A stretch of 64,000 nucleotides of DNA from a virus: the IMG/VR virus record IMGVR_UViG_3300045988_149331, positions 36,686-100,685 of that record; one strand, given 5' to 3'. Shown one piece after another: positions 26,033 through 34,271 of the stretch. The position numbers and the translations under genes are program-made. Within the stretch, counting starts at the first letter, position 1. Each line of letters begins with the position of its first letter. The notes below the pieces were generated by a model that had not been told where the DNA came from, did no database searches, and worked only from the letters and a program-made list of their open reading frames with translations.

Positions 26033-26698
26033 TTATTTGGCGCATTGGAACTCGAAAAAGTCGTTACCGCGGCGGCGTTTCTTACGCTCGGTGGCGGTAA
26101 TTTCGCCTTCAGCTCTCAACCGCTGGACACAGTATCGAAAATATTCGGCTGTGGCTTCAACGTCGTTCATCGCGCCGTGAGCGTCTGTGAGGCGGATGCC
26201 GGCGCGTTCACACGTAGCACCAAGTGTCATTTTCTCGTCACCCGTCAAGCCGTACATCATTTTGGAAAAGTACATCGTGTCCAGCGTCTGTTCTTGGATG
26301 TAGGTGAATAGGTCGTATTTCCGTCCATAGGATGAATATTCAAACGCCGCCGATAACATCGCCACGTCGAACATCACGTTGTGACCCACACCTATCAGGC
26401 GGCGCTGCTCTTTGCCCTTGGCGTCGGAGAAATTTTGAGTACAGAACCGCCCCAGTGCTTCGATAAACGCATCCAACTCCATACCTCGGTTCACCTCAGC
26501 CATATTGACCATGGTCTTAGAAATGGATTCTTTCGTTATTTGGAGACCATTGTACGGCTTTACGTAGGTTTCCCAGCGGTCTACCTCTTTCAGGGTGTTA
26601 AAGTCTAAAACAACGGCTGCAAACGACGTTATGGGGTTTTGAGTGGGATCGAGACCTCCAGTTTCCGTGTCGAAACACAAGAAATTACTTTTCTTCAT
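26033..26698 (-). CDS. DEDDh 3'-5' exonuclease (DnaQ/epsilon-like)
   Basis: Exo I FDTETGGL, Exo II GHNVMFDVAML, Exo III HGAMNDVEATAE. Confidence 0.8.
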   Translation of the reverse strand: MKKSNFLCFDTETGGLDPTQNPITSFAAVVLDFNTLKEVDRWETYVKPYNGLQITKESISKTMVNMAEVNRGMELDAFIEALGRFCTQNFSDAKGKEQRRLIGVGHNVMFDVAMLSAAFEYSSYGRKYDLFTYIQEQTLDTMYFSKMMYGLTGDEKMTLGATCERAGIRLTDAHGAMNDVEATAEYFRYCVQRLRAEGEITATERKKRRRGNDFFEFQCAK

Positions 26699-26727
26699 AT
26701 CATTTCGGTTTTACGTAGTAACGCTGT

Positions 26728-26764
26728 AAGAAAACCACCCCTCTGCATCACTGCGGTGGGGTGG
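26728..26764 (-). terminator. rho-independent terminator-like hairpin
   Basis: 7-bp GC stem 26735-26741 / 26758-26764 followed on minus strand by TTTTCTT. Confidence 0.45.
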
Positions 26765-26810
26765 CGGCGTTTAATCTATTTAACTTATGAATGCCCCTCT
26801 TTTTGAGGTT

Positions 26811-26840
26811 GTAAAAATCGGGGTGATATTTCACACCCCG
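26811..26840 (-). terminator. rho-independent terminator after tRNA
   Basis: Stem CGGGGTG/CACCCCG (26819-26825 / 26834-26840) followed on minus strand by GATTTTTAC. Confidence 0.55.
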
Positions 26841-26922
26841 CACCCGAGTTGCCGTTCCTATTTACACTCCCGAAACTGCCGACAATGGGCGAACTGCCAC
26901 AACATTCCGTCGGGTGAAAAAG

Positions 26923-26994
26923 TTGATCTGGAAGGGTTCGAACCTCCAATACGAGAACCAAAATCTCGTGTGTTGCCCATTACACCACAGATCA
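26923..26994 (-). tRNA. tRNA-Gln (anticodon UUG)
   Basis: Hand-folded cloverleaf: acceptor TGATCTG/CAGATCA, D stem GTGT/ACAC, anticodon stem CGAGA/TCTCG, loop TT-TTG-GT, T arm GGAGG-TTCGAAC-CCTTC, discriminator A; no encoded CCA. Confidence 0.85.
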
Positions 26995-27201
26995 AGATAA
27001 GGGGCCGCGACGTATCGCTTATACTCTTGCCCCTTGGTAGAGTCTGTCTCCTCCGCTCCGGCGCTCGCCTATGAGGAAGTCTGCGTTGCTGCCTTGGAGA
27101 CATTTTGAGTAACGAAGTAACGCCAATTCATCGGAAAAGAATCTACACTACAAACTCGTCTCAACTGGCATGTTAAGCGGCGTTACGCTCGTTACGATTA
27201 G

Positions 27202-27214
27202 TATAACGTTGGCG
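27202..27214 (-). promoter_or_regulatory. CGCCAACGTTATA motif copy upstream of tRNA leader
   Basis: Plus strand TATAACGTTGGCG, directly after the HU terminator and followed on minus strand by TAATCGTAAC. Confidence 0.3.
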
Positions 27215-27227
27215 TGAAAAAAGTAAC

Positions 27228-27263
27228 GAAAAAATCCGCCAGGGCAAACCACCTCCCTGACGG
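27228..27263 (-). terminator. rho-independent terminator after HU gene
   Basis: 9-bp stem (27236-27244 / 27255-27263, one G-U) followed on minus strand by ATTTTTTCG. Confidence 0.6.
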
Positions 27264-27296
27264 ACTGCGAAAGCAACCTTGTTGTTTGTTACGGTG

Positions 27297-27587
27297 TTAT
27301 TTCTTGCCTTTGGCCTCGTCGAACACCTTGAACGAGTATGCGGGCTTGAAGGCGATGGACCTGTATCCACGGCATTCCACCTTCTCGCCCGTCAGGGGAT
27401 TGTACCCCGGGCGCGGAGCGGCCACCTTCTGAACGAATCGGCCAACGCCGCCGATAACGATGTCTTCACCTTTGTCCCTCACCTCTTCGGTAAGAATGCC
27501 TTCGAGAGCACGGACGAACTTAATCGCCTCGGCCTTGGTGCTGCCGGTACGCTCGGCGAGCGCCTTGTAAAGATCTTGCACTTTCAT
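27297..27587 (-). CDS. HU/IHF-family DNA-binding protein
   Basis: MKVQDLYKALAERTGSTKAEAIKFV...GGVGRFV...RPGYNPLTGEKVE...AFKP matches HU throughout. True start is the internal ATG 27587; the track ORF extends spuriously to 27803. Confidence 0.85.
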   Translation of the reverse strand: MKVQDLYKALAERTGSTKAEAIKFVRALEGILTEEVRDKGEDIVIGGVGRFVQKVAAPRPGYNPLTGEKVECRGYRSIAFKPAYSFKVFDEAKGKK

Positions 27588-27627
27588 TGTACGATAATTT
27601 TGATTGTTGATAAATATGGGGTTTTGA

Positions 27628-28107
27628 TTAAACCTTTGCTTTGACGACTTCGATGCCCAGTTCCACCAACTGGTCACGTATGGAATTCCACGCTGCGTCG
27701 CGGGCCGCTTCGTTGACCCACCACTCGGTGACGTTATCACCTTCGGCGGCTGACGTGTCGCGATTGAGGATGATGCCGAACTCATATCGCATTGAATCAT
27801 CATTCCAGCGCTCTACACGATCTATCGAACGCACATAGACCCACGGTACCATCGACTGACCAACCTCGATAAAAACGGCACTCAAACGCTTTTTCTTCGT
27901 GAGGTCTTCGGCGGCAGCCAGAAAATCCGTCAACGACATATCGTAATCAACGCCATCGTCGGCGTTACGTTCAGCGTCGTACGGCTTGGCCTTTATCGTG
28001 ACGGGTTCACCGCCAAAAAGCGGAAGCCCATCAGAGCCGCGTGGTATTTTGTGAGCCTTTGCGGGCTGTTCTTGTTCGTCAATTTTCGACGTGTGGATCT
28101 TTACCAT
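27628..28107 (-). CDS. hypothetical protein
   Basis: 159-aa co-directional ORF. Confidence 0.5.
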   Translation of the reverse strand: MVKIHTSKIDEQEQPAKAHKIPRGSDGLPLFGGEPVTIKAKPYDAERNADDGVDYDMSLTDFLAAAEDLTKKKRLSAVFIEVGQSMVPWVYVRSIDRVERWNDDSMRYEFGIILNRDTSAAEGDNVTEWWVNEAARDAAWNSIRDQLVELGIEVVKAKV

Positions 28108-28441
28108 CGTGTTTCACCATTTTGATGTATCCAGCCTTCACTAACTTACGAATGGCGTTTCGCTCGTTGAGGGCCTGGAGATATACGCAATCGGGATCGT
28201 ACAGGACCTTCACGGAACGAGTAACATTGTTACCGATGACGGGGTCGAATTCCAACCGCCGTTCAGTACCAATCTCCCGACATTCTCCGGTCTTATAGTT
28301 GAACTGGTAAAGTCTCATCCCGGGACGAAAGATTGTAGACCCCAGATAGCGCAGCTCTTGCTTTTGGCGCTCTAATTGCTCGGTGCGTGTGCGTTCGGCG
28401 TCTTGCTGGAAGAAACGCCCAGTGTGAAAGAATTCGCTCAT
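28079..28441 (-). CDS. hypothetical protein
   Basis: 120-aa co-directional ORF. Confidence 0.45.
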   Translation of the reverse strand: MSEFFHTGRFFQQDAERTRTEQLERQKQELRYLGSTIFRPGMRLYQFNYKTGECREIGTERRLEFDPVIGNNVTRSVKVLYDPDCVYLQALNERNAIRKLVKAGYIKMVKHDGKDPHVEN

Positions 28442-29019
28442 TTCTTGAAATGTTTTAGTCCTCGCTCGATACCCGCCAAAGTCTCGCTGGTAAAGGCGTG
28501 GATAATATCGGGTTTTGTGTTACAACGCCAGTACGGAACCGCTCCTTCCACGTCAGGCCCAGTGAGGCGGTACTGCATAAGCGAAAATTCCAACACGTAA
28601 TCAACCTTGGGGGAATTGTAGTTGCCCGGCAGCCGTATCTGTACTTGGAGCAGGTGGGCGTATCGGCCGCAGAATATCTCGTCACGACTATGGGCGTGGT
28701 CCAAACGTAGGCGGTAGGCGTCCATCGTGAGTTGGAATTCGCGAATGTAGGTAGTGTTGGCGAGTTTTATCGTTCGTGTCAAGATATGAGCGTGGTTGGT
28801 ATTATCCATCCACTGACCATGGATGATTTCGGCGTGGTTTGGCAGGTTGAGTATTACCGCGGCCCAGATTTCCTGGGGAATTACCGAATTGCGTTCGGGT
28901 TGATGGCGAAACGCTTCGGGCCACGTGGCTTCGAATTCGTCATCGACGGCCTCCTGTACCAAGGCGGCGATTTCTTCGGCGTAGAGCCAATTGATTATCC
29001 AACGAATCAGGCGTTTCAT
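28438..29019 (-). CDS. hypothetical protein
   Basis: 193-aa ORF, 4-nt overlaps with both neighbours. Confidence 0.5.
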   Translation of the reverse strand: MKRLIRWIINWLYAEEIAALVQEAVDDEFEATWPEAFRHQPERNSVIPQEIWAAVILNLPNHAEIIHGQWMDNTNHAHILTRTIKLANTTYIREFQLTMDAYRLRLDHAHSRDEIFCGRYAHLLQVQIRLPGNYNSPKVDYVLEFSLMQYRLTGPDVEGAVPYWRCNTKPDIIHAFTSETLAGIERGLKHFKK

Positions 29020-29270
29020 CGTGTTACGGATTTTACCATTTGACCGTCGTCTGGAAATAGGCGAAGTTGCCTGACTCCTGGTTGTACTTTGGCCGTTTGC
29101 TGTTGGCGCTTATCGGTCAGCGTGAGTTCAAAACCGTTGGTGCTACCGACGGTGATACTCTTGACGTCGAGTTGACGTGTGATTATCTGTTTGGCGTATT
29201 CATGAGCCATGCGCTGCATACTGCGGGCAATATGGCCGATGTAGGGATGTTGTTTAGCTTCTTGTTCCAT
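29016..29270 (-). CDS. hypothetical protein
   Basis: 84-aa ORF; first gene after the 590-bp non-coding region. Confidence 0.45.
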   Translation of the reverse strand: MEQEAKQHPYIGHIARSMQRMAHEYAKQIITRQLDVKSITVGSTNGFELTLTDKRQQQTAKVQPGVRQLRLFPDDGQMVKSVTR

Positions 29271-29293
29271 TTCGTGGTAGGTTTTACGAACTC

Positions 29294-29307
29294 AATAACG
29301 TTGGCGG
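29294..29307 (-). promoter_or_regulatory. CCGCCAACGTTATT motif copy
   Basis: Plus AATAACGTTGGCGG; minus reads GAACCGCCAACGTTATTGAGTTCGTAAAAC, ending 11 nt before ATG 29270. Confidence 0.4.
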
Positions 29308-29330
29308 TTCTGGGTGATGCCTTACGCGCG

Positions 29331-29470
29331 TGTATGTACACGTGTACGCGCTGGGGTGTACACACGTTCGTGCTGGCGTCGGGTGGGCTTCTCTCGAGCG
29401 CGTGTGTTCTCTCTCGCGTAAGCGTACGAGCGCACGTATGTGCGCGTCGGGAGACGTCTTCGACAGATTT
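29331..29470. repeat. alternating purine-pyrimidine / palindrome-rich tract
   Basis: 12-bp perfect palindrome GTACACGTGTAC (29336-29347), GTGTACAC (29356-29363), GCGCAC-GTAT-GTGCGC hairpin, many (GT/GC)n runs. Confidence 0.6.
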
Positions 29471-29497
29471 ATCTGGAGAAGGAAAGTCTCCCGTTGA

Positions 29498-29529
29498 GTG
29501 TAAAGAGAAGTGTCTTTTTCTCTTTACAC
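29498..29529. other. perfect 12-bp stem / 8-nt loop hairpin
   Basis: GTGTAAAGAGAA (29498-29509) pairs with TTCTCTTTACAC (29518-29529); not followed by a U-run on either strand. Confidence 0.7.
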
Positions 29530-29530
29530 C

Positions 29531-29606
29531 GGATAAGGGGGATTATAGGGGGTTAAGGAAAGGAAGGTTGCAGGAGGGAAACCATTAGGGGGAAGAAAGG
29601 GGAAAC
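29531..29606. repeat. purine-rich (GA) tract with TA(A)GGGGG repeats
   Basis: TAAGGGGGA 29534-29542, TATAGGGGG 29544-29552, ATTAGGGGGA 29584-29593, AAAGGGGA 29597-29604. Confidence 0.6.
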
Positions 29607-29789
29607 CGCCAACATAGACTTTGTAAATCTCCAAAAGGCTAAATTTTACAACAGCATGAAATAACTCGCCAAACATCGTTTCTACAACATCTCTTTAACA
29701 GCAGTTTTGCGCCAATCGTTTTTAGGCGATTTGGCGATCTAAAATCTCTCAGGTGAGGTAGGTGTACCAGAAACAGATTATCGGCAGAA

Positions 29790-29834
29790 TACAAGAGCAA
29801 GAGAGCCGCTCCTGATTGATGGGGGCGGCTCTCT
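29790..29834 (-). terminator. terminator-like hairpin after 29858-30841
   Basis: 10-bp perfect stem AGAGAGCCGC / GCGGCTCTCT (29800-29809 / 29825-29834), 15-nt loop, T-rich tail on minus strand. Confidence 0.45.
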
Positions 29835-29857
29835 GCAGTAAACGAAACGACGTAGCG

Positions 29858-30841
29858 TTACGATACGGGCTTCTTTTCGGCGTCCAGCACGACTTCAGTG
29901 TCTTGGACCTTGTCGTTGAGGTCTACGACGTCTGCTTTACCGCCGCCGGCCGGAATGTCGATGCGTGAAAGTCCTACGCGACTCCCCAGCATCTTACCCA
30001 GCGCGGCAGACAAATTGGCCATCGGGGCGTCGGTGGGGACAGCGGTGTCTTCCTCTTCGTCGTCGGGAATACCGTGTTGGCGCTGATATTCCTTCGACAT
30101 CGCCTGGAAACGATCGCGGTACTCGTTCAACGTGTCCTCAGGGTCGCGCTGGAGATGGCCTTCATCGGCCAACGTAGCCAGCAGCGGTACGTTGATGGCG
30201 CAGAGTTTCTCGATGATGAACGTACCGACGCCAAATACGTTGGCTAACAGCATACCGTCCGTTCGACGATACGTTGCGGCCATAAGATCACGATCGACCA
30301 ACACGAACTGGCCCTTGAGTTCGCGCGGATTCAGCGTCGGTACGTGGCGCAGGAGTTCCTCGACGCCGATGCCGCAGTGGGAGTAGCGTTCGTTGACGAT
30401 CTTCAGGATCATCCGTTCGATCACCAGCAGTTCCGTGTCCAGCGCGCGGCCGTACTGCTCCAGTGTCGTAACGCCATTGGCCGTCAGCGACAGCGTGTTG
30501 TCGTCAACACAGAACTCCGTCAGACCGTTCTCGCTGCATTCTACGGACAGCCGCCGGATGTAGTCGCGAAGATGTTCATCTTCGTGGAGGTCGATCAGTG
30601 AGCGGCACACCAAGTTGGCGTCCAACATCTGCCCCAGCCAATCACGCGCTGCGCCATACGGAACGCGCAGTTCGTCGATGCCCGTAAACGGCAGCGGGCC
30701 TTCCTCGACGTTGAGGATAACAGGACGATCCGCAGCAGCAGAGGCCATGGCGTACAGGAACAGAACCTGCGCTTTGGTCGTTTGGAGATTTTCAGTCACA
30801 GCCAGCGGTCCCGCGGCATTGAATACAGTTTTCGTTTCCAT
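29858..30841 (-). CDS. hypothetical protein
   Basis: 327-aa co-directional ORF. Confidence 0.55.
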   Translation of the reverse strand: METKTVFNAAGPLAVTENLQTTKAQVLFLYAMASAAADRPVILNVEEGPLPFTGIDELRVPYGAARDWLGQMLDANLVCRSLIDLHEDEHLRDYIRRLSVECSENGLTEFCVDDNTLSLTANGVTTLEQYGRALDTELLVIERMILKIVNERYSHCGIGVEELLRHVPTLNPRELKGQFVLVDRDLMAATYRRTDGMLLANVFGVGTFIIEKLCAINVPLLATLADEGHLQRDPEDTLNEYRDRFQAMSKEYQRQHGIPDDEEEDTAVPTDAPMANLSAALGKMLGSRVGLSRIDIPAGGGKADVVDLNDKVQDTEVVLDAEKKPVS

Positions 30842-30883
30842 TTTTTGTTTTGCTGTTTGAGTGAAAAATTGGGTGAATTTTCG

Positions 30884-31114
30884 TTACTTGGCGGCCTCGG
30901 TTTCGAATGCCCGTAGCAGTTCACGCGTGTCGGCGATACGCTCACACAACCGCATGACTTCTTCGTCGGTGGCGCCCTCCTTGGCGCGGTTGAGCGATTT
31001 GACCTGGTCACGGTACAGGGCTACCTGTACGCGAACGGCTTCTTTGGAATGGTTCTTTGCGTAGTCACGGGCTGTGGCCATGGCTGTAGCGCGGGTTACT
31101 CGATTAGGTGCCAT
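30884..31114 (-). CDS. hypothetical protein
   Basis: 76-aa helical ORF. Confidence 0.4.
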   Translation of the reverse strand: MAPNRVTRATAMATARDYAKNHSKEAVRVQVALYRDQVKSLNRAKEGATDEEVMRLCERIADTRELLRAFETEAAK

Positions 31115-31126
31115 AATTTTGATGGT

Positions 31127-31420
31127 TTAGACTTCAATTTCGATTTTCTCGAACATCACGCGCTGAGGATCAAAATCGCCAAACGTCGTAGTGACGCGAT
31201 ACCACACGCTGTTGGCTAAATCGTCGGTGATGTGCGGCATTTTGACGGCTGTGCGCTCTTGACCGCCAAGGACCAAAGTGGTGGCGATATTGTAACCGCC
31301 CATCGCGAATCTAACAGCCATGAGGCGACGTTCTTCGATCTTTTGGCGCTCAGCGGGCTTCATATCACGCAGGTCGCTGTTTTCAGCAGCGTTGAGGATG
31401 TACAAATCGACAGTTTTCAT
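31127..31420 (-). CDS. hypothetical protein
   Basis: 97-aa ORF, 4-nt overlap with upstream gene. Confidence 0.45.
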   Translation of the reverse strand: MKTVDLYILNAAENSDLRDMKPAERQKIEERRLMAVRFAMGGYNIATTLVLGGQERTAVKMPHITDDLANSVWYRVTTTFGDFDPQRVMFEKIEIEV

Positions 31421-32247
31421 TTTCGTCCGTAGTCGTGGGCTGATTCGTAAGCCGTCCAGGCGGCTTCAAAGTCCTCCAGCCCGAGGTTTTGCATTTTAAC
31501 GTTGGCGGTGCTGATGGCAGTCGCGATCTCACTAACGGCGGCCCGGTGTACCAGCATAGCCTCTTTAAGCGATTTGAGGCGGTCGCCCAACAGCAACAGG
31601 CCCATCCACGCATAGCGCACGACCTGTACATTTACGTCTTCGCACGAAAAGCGGCCATAATTCTCAAGCGACGTCACCAGTACGGGGTTGCCGTTATCGT
31701 CATCGAGATAGAACGTCAGCGTGGATTTTTGGTCGATGTCTCCACGGCCATCAAGCAGCCCAAACGTCACTGAGCCTGGCGACGTGCGTGAAACACGCCA
31801 ATCCGTGCAGTTGCGGTTTTCGACGAGGAATTTGTCCAACGCCTTTTGGAACTTCAGGTTGGCTTCATCCATTTTACGATTGGAGCCGTTGACGGCCATC
31901 TCCAGACGCGCAACGGCCACTTTACCAGCGTTCGAAGAGCGATATGCGTTCATGATACGGAACCGGAGGTAGTTGCGCCGAGCGTCTTCGAACAGTCGCT
32001 CCATATTGTTCAGGTACTCAACCATCTCCCGCTTCGATTTCTGGTAGACGCCCGGCTGAAACGAATTACCACCCATCGACTGAAAGGCCAGATCGTACGC
32101 CTTTTGAGCCCTGAATTCAGGCTCGGGGTTGACGCCGTTGAGGCGTGCTTCGTACTCACACCAATCTTCACGCCGCTTGAAGACGTCGATTATGGCGTCC
32201 ATCACGGCCTCCTTGGTCTTGAATTTGTTGATACGGTACGTTTTCAT
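31417..32247 (-). CDS. hypothetical protein
   Basis: 276-aa co-directional ORF. Confidence 0.55.
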   Translation of the reverse strand: MKTYRINKFKTKEAVMDAIIDVFKRREDWCEYEARLNGVNPEPEFRAQKAYDLAFQSMGGNSFQPGVYQKSKREMVEYLNNMERLFEDARRNYLRFRIMNAYRSSNAGKVAVARLEMAVNGSNRKMDEANLKFQKALDKFLVENRNCTDWRVSRTSPGSVTFGLLDGRGDIDQKSTLTFYLDDDNGNPVLVTSLENYGRFSCEDVNVQVVRYAWMGLLLLGDRLKSLKEAMLVHRAAVSEIATAISTANVKMQNLGLEDFEAAWTAYESAHDYGRK

Positions 32248-32316
32248 CGCGTTATTTGTTTTTCGGTTTTGACTATTTTACTTGGCGAGATAGGCGTTGA
32301 TGGCGTCGGCCAGGTG

Positions 32317-32725
32317 CTACTCGTTCTTGGGCTCTTCAGGCTGAATGGGCTCTTTAGCCCACTTCCTCCACGCGGCGTTCTCGTCAGCACGAAGCATCAG
32401 CACGTCGCCAGAACCATTACCCCACCAGTTGTTGCAGTGCGAGAGGTGAATACCAGCCTGGTTACCATGAGCAGAGCACATTTTCTTGTAAATCGACCGG
32501 AACATCGCCGATACTCGCCGACCGCTGAAATGGCCGCCTTGCTTGGCGTCGTTAGTGACGTAGATTTCGGCATCAGCGGGGGTGATATCGCCTAACTTTT
32601 CGTCTACGAACTCAGCCGAGGCGCCGCCCCAATAGCCGTGTTTGATAGTGTCCTTGAGGAGTTGCTGTTCTTCGGGGGGTCAGCGCCTTTACGATTTCGC
32701 GGATGGCTTCAACGGTTGCTTTCAT
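32317..32725 (-). CDS. hypothetical protein requiring a +1 shift at a C6 run (or disrupted by a homopolymer error)
   Basis: ATG 32725 frame (MKATVEAIREIVKALTP) stops at 32612. The +1 frame continues from the C6 run (32679-32674): EEQQLLKDTIKHGYWGG...PEEPKNE, to stop 32317. Removing one C gives a 135-aa ORF. Confidence 0.4.
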
Positions 32726-32769
32726 GGCTTTATACGATCTTGTTTTACGATTTGGGGATTTGGCGGCGA

Positions 32770-33018
32770 TTAGAACCACACTTTGCGGAATTTAACGCGA
32801 ATCGGGGCGCAACCTATACTGGCCAGTGCGGCGTTGATTGAACGCTCTTCGAAAGCGGCCTGGGCTTTGAGGACCTTATCCTCCAGCGGGGAATCTTTCG
32901 GGAATTCGACGAAGAGGAGATCGTCATTCTGACGCGACCAGAAGGTCTTGGCGGCTGCCCATTCTTTGCCCATTTTACGGAGGTTGGCTTTCAGCTGAGT
33001 TGAGATTTGCTTTTTCAT
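32770..33018 (-). CDS. hypothetical protein
   Basis: Start moved to ATG 33018; the track start 33084 is the TTG of the promoter -33 box. Confidence 0.45.
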   Translation of the reverse strand: MKKQISTQLKANLRKMGKEWAAAKTFWSRQNDDLLFVEFPKDSPLEDKVLKAQAAFEERSINAALASIGCAPIRVKFRKVWF

Positions 33019-33053
33019 AGTTTTGTAGTGTGTTTTAGTTTCATTTTCAACTA

Positions 33054-33100
33054 CAAAGGTACGGCGAATTTTCCAAATCTCCAAGAGAATTTCAAGAAAT
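33054..33100 (-). promoter_or_regulatory. Bacteroidota-type promoter, conserved repeat copy B
   Basis: Minus: AAATTTCTTGAAATTCTC TTG(33084-33082) N20 TACCTTTG(33061-33054), an exact TAnnTTTG. Confidence 0.6.
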
Positions 33101-33147
33101 TTTTCTCTTTTTACAAAGATTTTTCCAAGACCCTCGTTAAATCAACA

Positions 33148-33264
33148 TCAGAGCGAGTATATCATCATCGCCAACAGCAGCGCCACAACACAAAACCCCA
33201 GTAAATAAAGAAGGTTGACGACTACCCGAGCCATCAACCTTACAATATACGCCAACCGTTTCAT
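33148..33264 (-). CDS. 38-aa hydrophobic peptide (unlisted small ORF)
   Basis: MKRLAYIVRLMARVVVNLLYLLGFCVVALLLAMMIYSL; ATG overlaps the upstream stop (TGATG at 33262-33266). Confidence 0.35.
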   Translation of the reverse strand: MKRLAYIVRLMARVVVNLLYLLGFCVVALLLAMMIYSL

Positions 33265-33701
33265 CACGGTTTGAATAGCATTTTGTTACACTTAGGACAG
33301 CGCAGCAGAACCTTGGGCAGATAGCGGTCCTCAAACGCGCCACGCATAAAGATTCGCGCCTGGTCGTGAGTGAGGGAGATATTTTCGCCACACTCACACG
33401 TCAGCGTGACGTGGGCGGTGTACTTACCCTCACCAGGTGTTTCGTTAAGGTAAAGGCGGTCGGGGAACTGGCGAAACTCCAGTACGCCGTTGGCGTTACG
33501 CGTCCACGAGTTAGTACGTTCTTTACCAAACCCCATGTTCATCGTGATGGCGTACCCCTTGGTGTTGGCCAGGAACTCGGGCGTTAGACAGATTTGAGCG
33601 TCGTGCGGGTGCTTAGGGTCATCGCTGGGTACGGTGTAACACCCGTAACGGCGCATTTCTTCACTGAGGCGCGGGTCGTCGTAGTTACGTTCTTCGTTCA
33701 T
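33264..33701 (-). CDS. zinc-ribbon protein
   Basis: C-terminal CECG...(29 aa)...CPKC four-Cys pattern. Confidence 0.5.
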   Translation of the reverse strand: MNEERNYDDPRLSEEMRRYGCYTVPSDDPKHPHDAQICLTPEFLANTKGYAITMNMGFGKERTNSWTRNANGVLEFRQFPDRLYLNETPGEGKYTAHVTLTCECGENISLTHDQARIFMRGAFEDRYLPKVLLRCPKCNKMLFKP

Positions 33702-33717
33702 ATCGTTTCCAAGATTT

Positions 33718-34269
33718 TTAGTTAAATAGCGTTCCGTTGGCGTATTTCATCACCCAGGCTGTCGATTCCAACAGATAGTCGCCCTCTTTAGCCATATCCA
33801 CCAACCGCCAATACTGAGGAAATACGCGGCCCGTAGGGTCTTCTCCAGCAGCGGAGTTGTAGCGTACCTCCATCTGGGCAGTACGAAAGTCGCGAAACCC
33901 CAGGCGTGCGGCGCGGAAGTGGTGTTCGTCCTCAGGGCTGGCCAAGGTGACGGCGATAGCGTCCACCAGCGGTGCTACTTTCAACAACCCCTCGACGTCG
34001 GGAAACCCGGTGAATAGCTTTACCCACACACGTGGGTTAGCTTGGCGCAATTCGGTAACAACGTCAATAACGCGCTGGGGATAGTTCATCGGTTCGCCGC
34101 CAATAATCTGTACCACCGGAAAGGAATCACCCAGGGCACGACCCGTTGAAATACACACCTTACCCTGCTTGGCCCACAGGTCACGTGCCGCGGCCAACAC
34201 CCGCATTCCGTAGGCGTCAACGGGCAATTCGTCAACGATCAGGCGGCATATACGTCCTTTATAGTCCAT
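33718..34269 (-). CDS. NrdG/QueE-like radical-SAM-activase-related protein lacking the CX3CX2C cluster
   Basis: VVQIIGGEPMNYPQRVIDVV..VWVKLFTGF..VDAIAV parallels T4 NrdG LTGGDPLYPQN....IWLWTGY...VDVIIDG, but no Cys triad in the N-terminus. Confidence 0.3.
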   Translation of the reverse strand: MDYKGRICRLIVDELPVDAYGMRVLAAARDLWAKQGKVCISTGRALGDSFPVVQIIGGEPMNYPQRVIDVVTELRQANPRVWVKLFTGFPDVEGLLKVAPLVDAIAVTLASPEDEHHFRAARLGFRDFRTAQMEVRYNSAAGEDPTGRVFPQYWRLVDMAKEGDYLLESTAWVMKYANGTLFN

Positions 34270-34271
34270 GG

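Noticed and set aside
26923-26994. Suppressor tRNA or alternative genetic code (stop-codon reassignment, as in some gut phages).
   Set aside because: The anticodon reads UUG (Gln), not CUA/UCA/UUA. All large genes translate without in-frame stops under code 11.
26995-27200. A possible second tRNA or tmRNA-like gene upstream of tRNA-Gln.
   Set aside because: No GTTCRANYC T-loop, no acceptor-stem complementarity and no cloverleaf could be folded by hand. It is kept only as an uncharacterised leader.
27588-27803. N-terminal 72-aa extension of the HU ORF (track ORF 27297-27803).
   Set aside because: The extension overlaps the upstream gene's 3' end (27628-28107) and has no HU homology. HU homology starts exactly at the internal ATG 27587.
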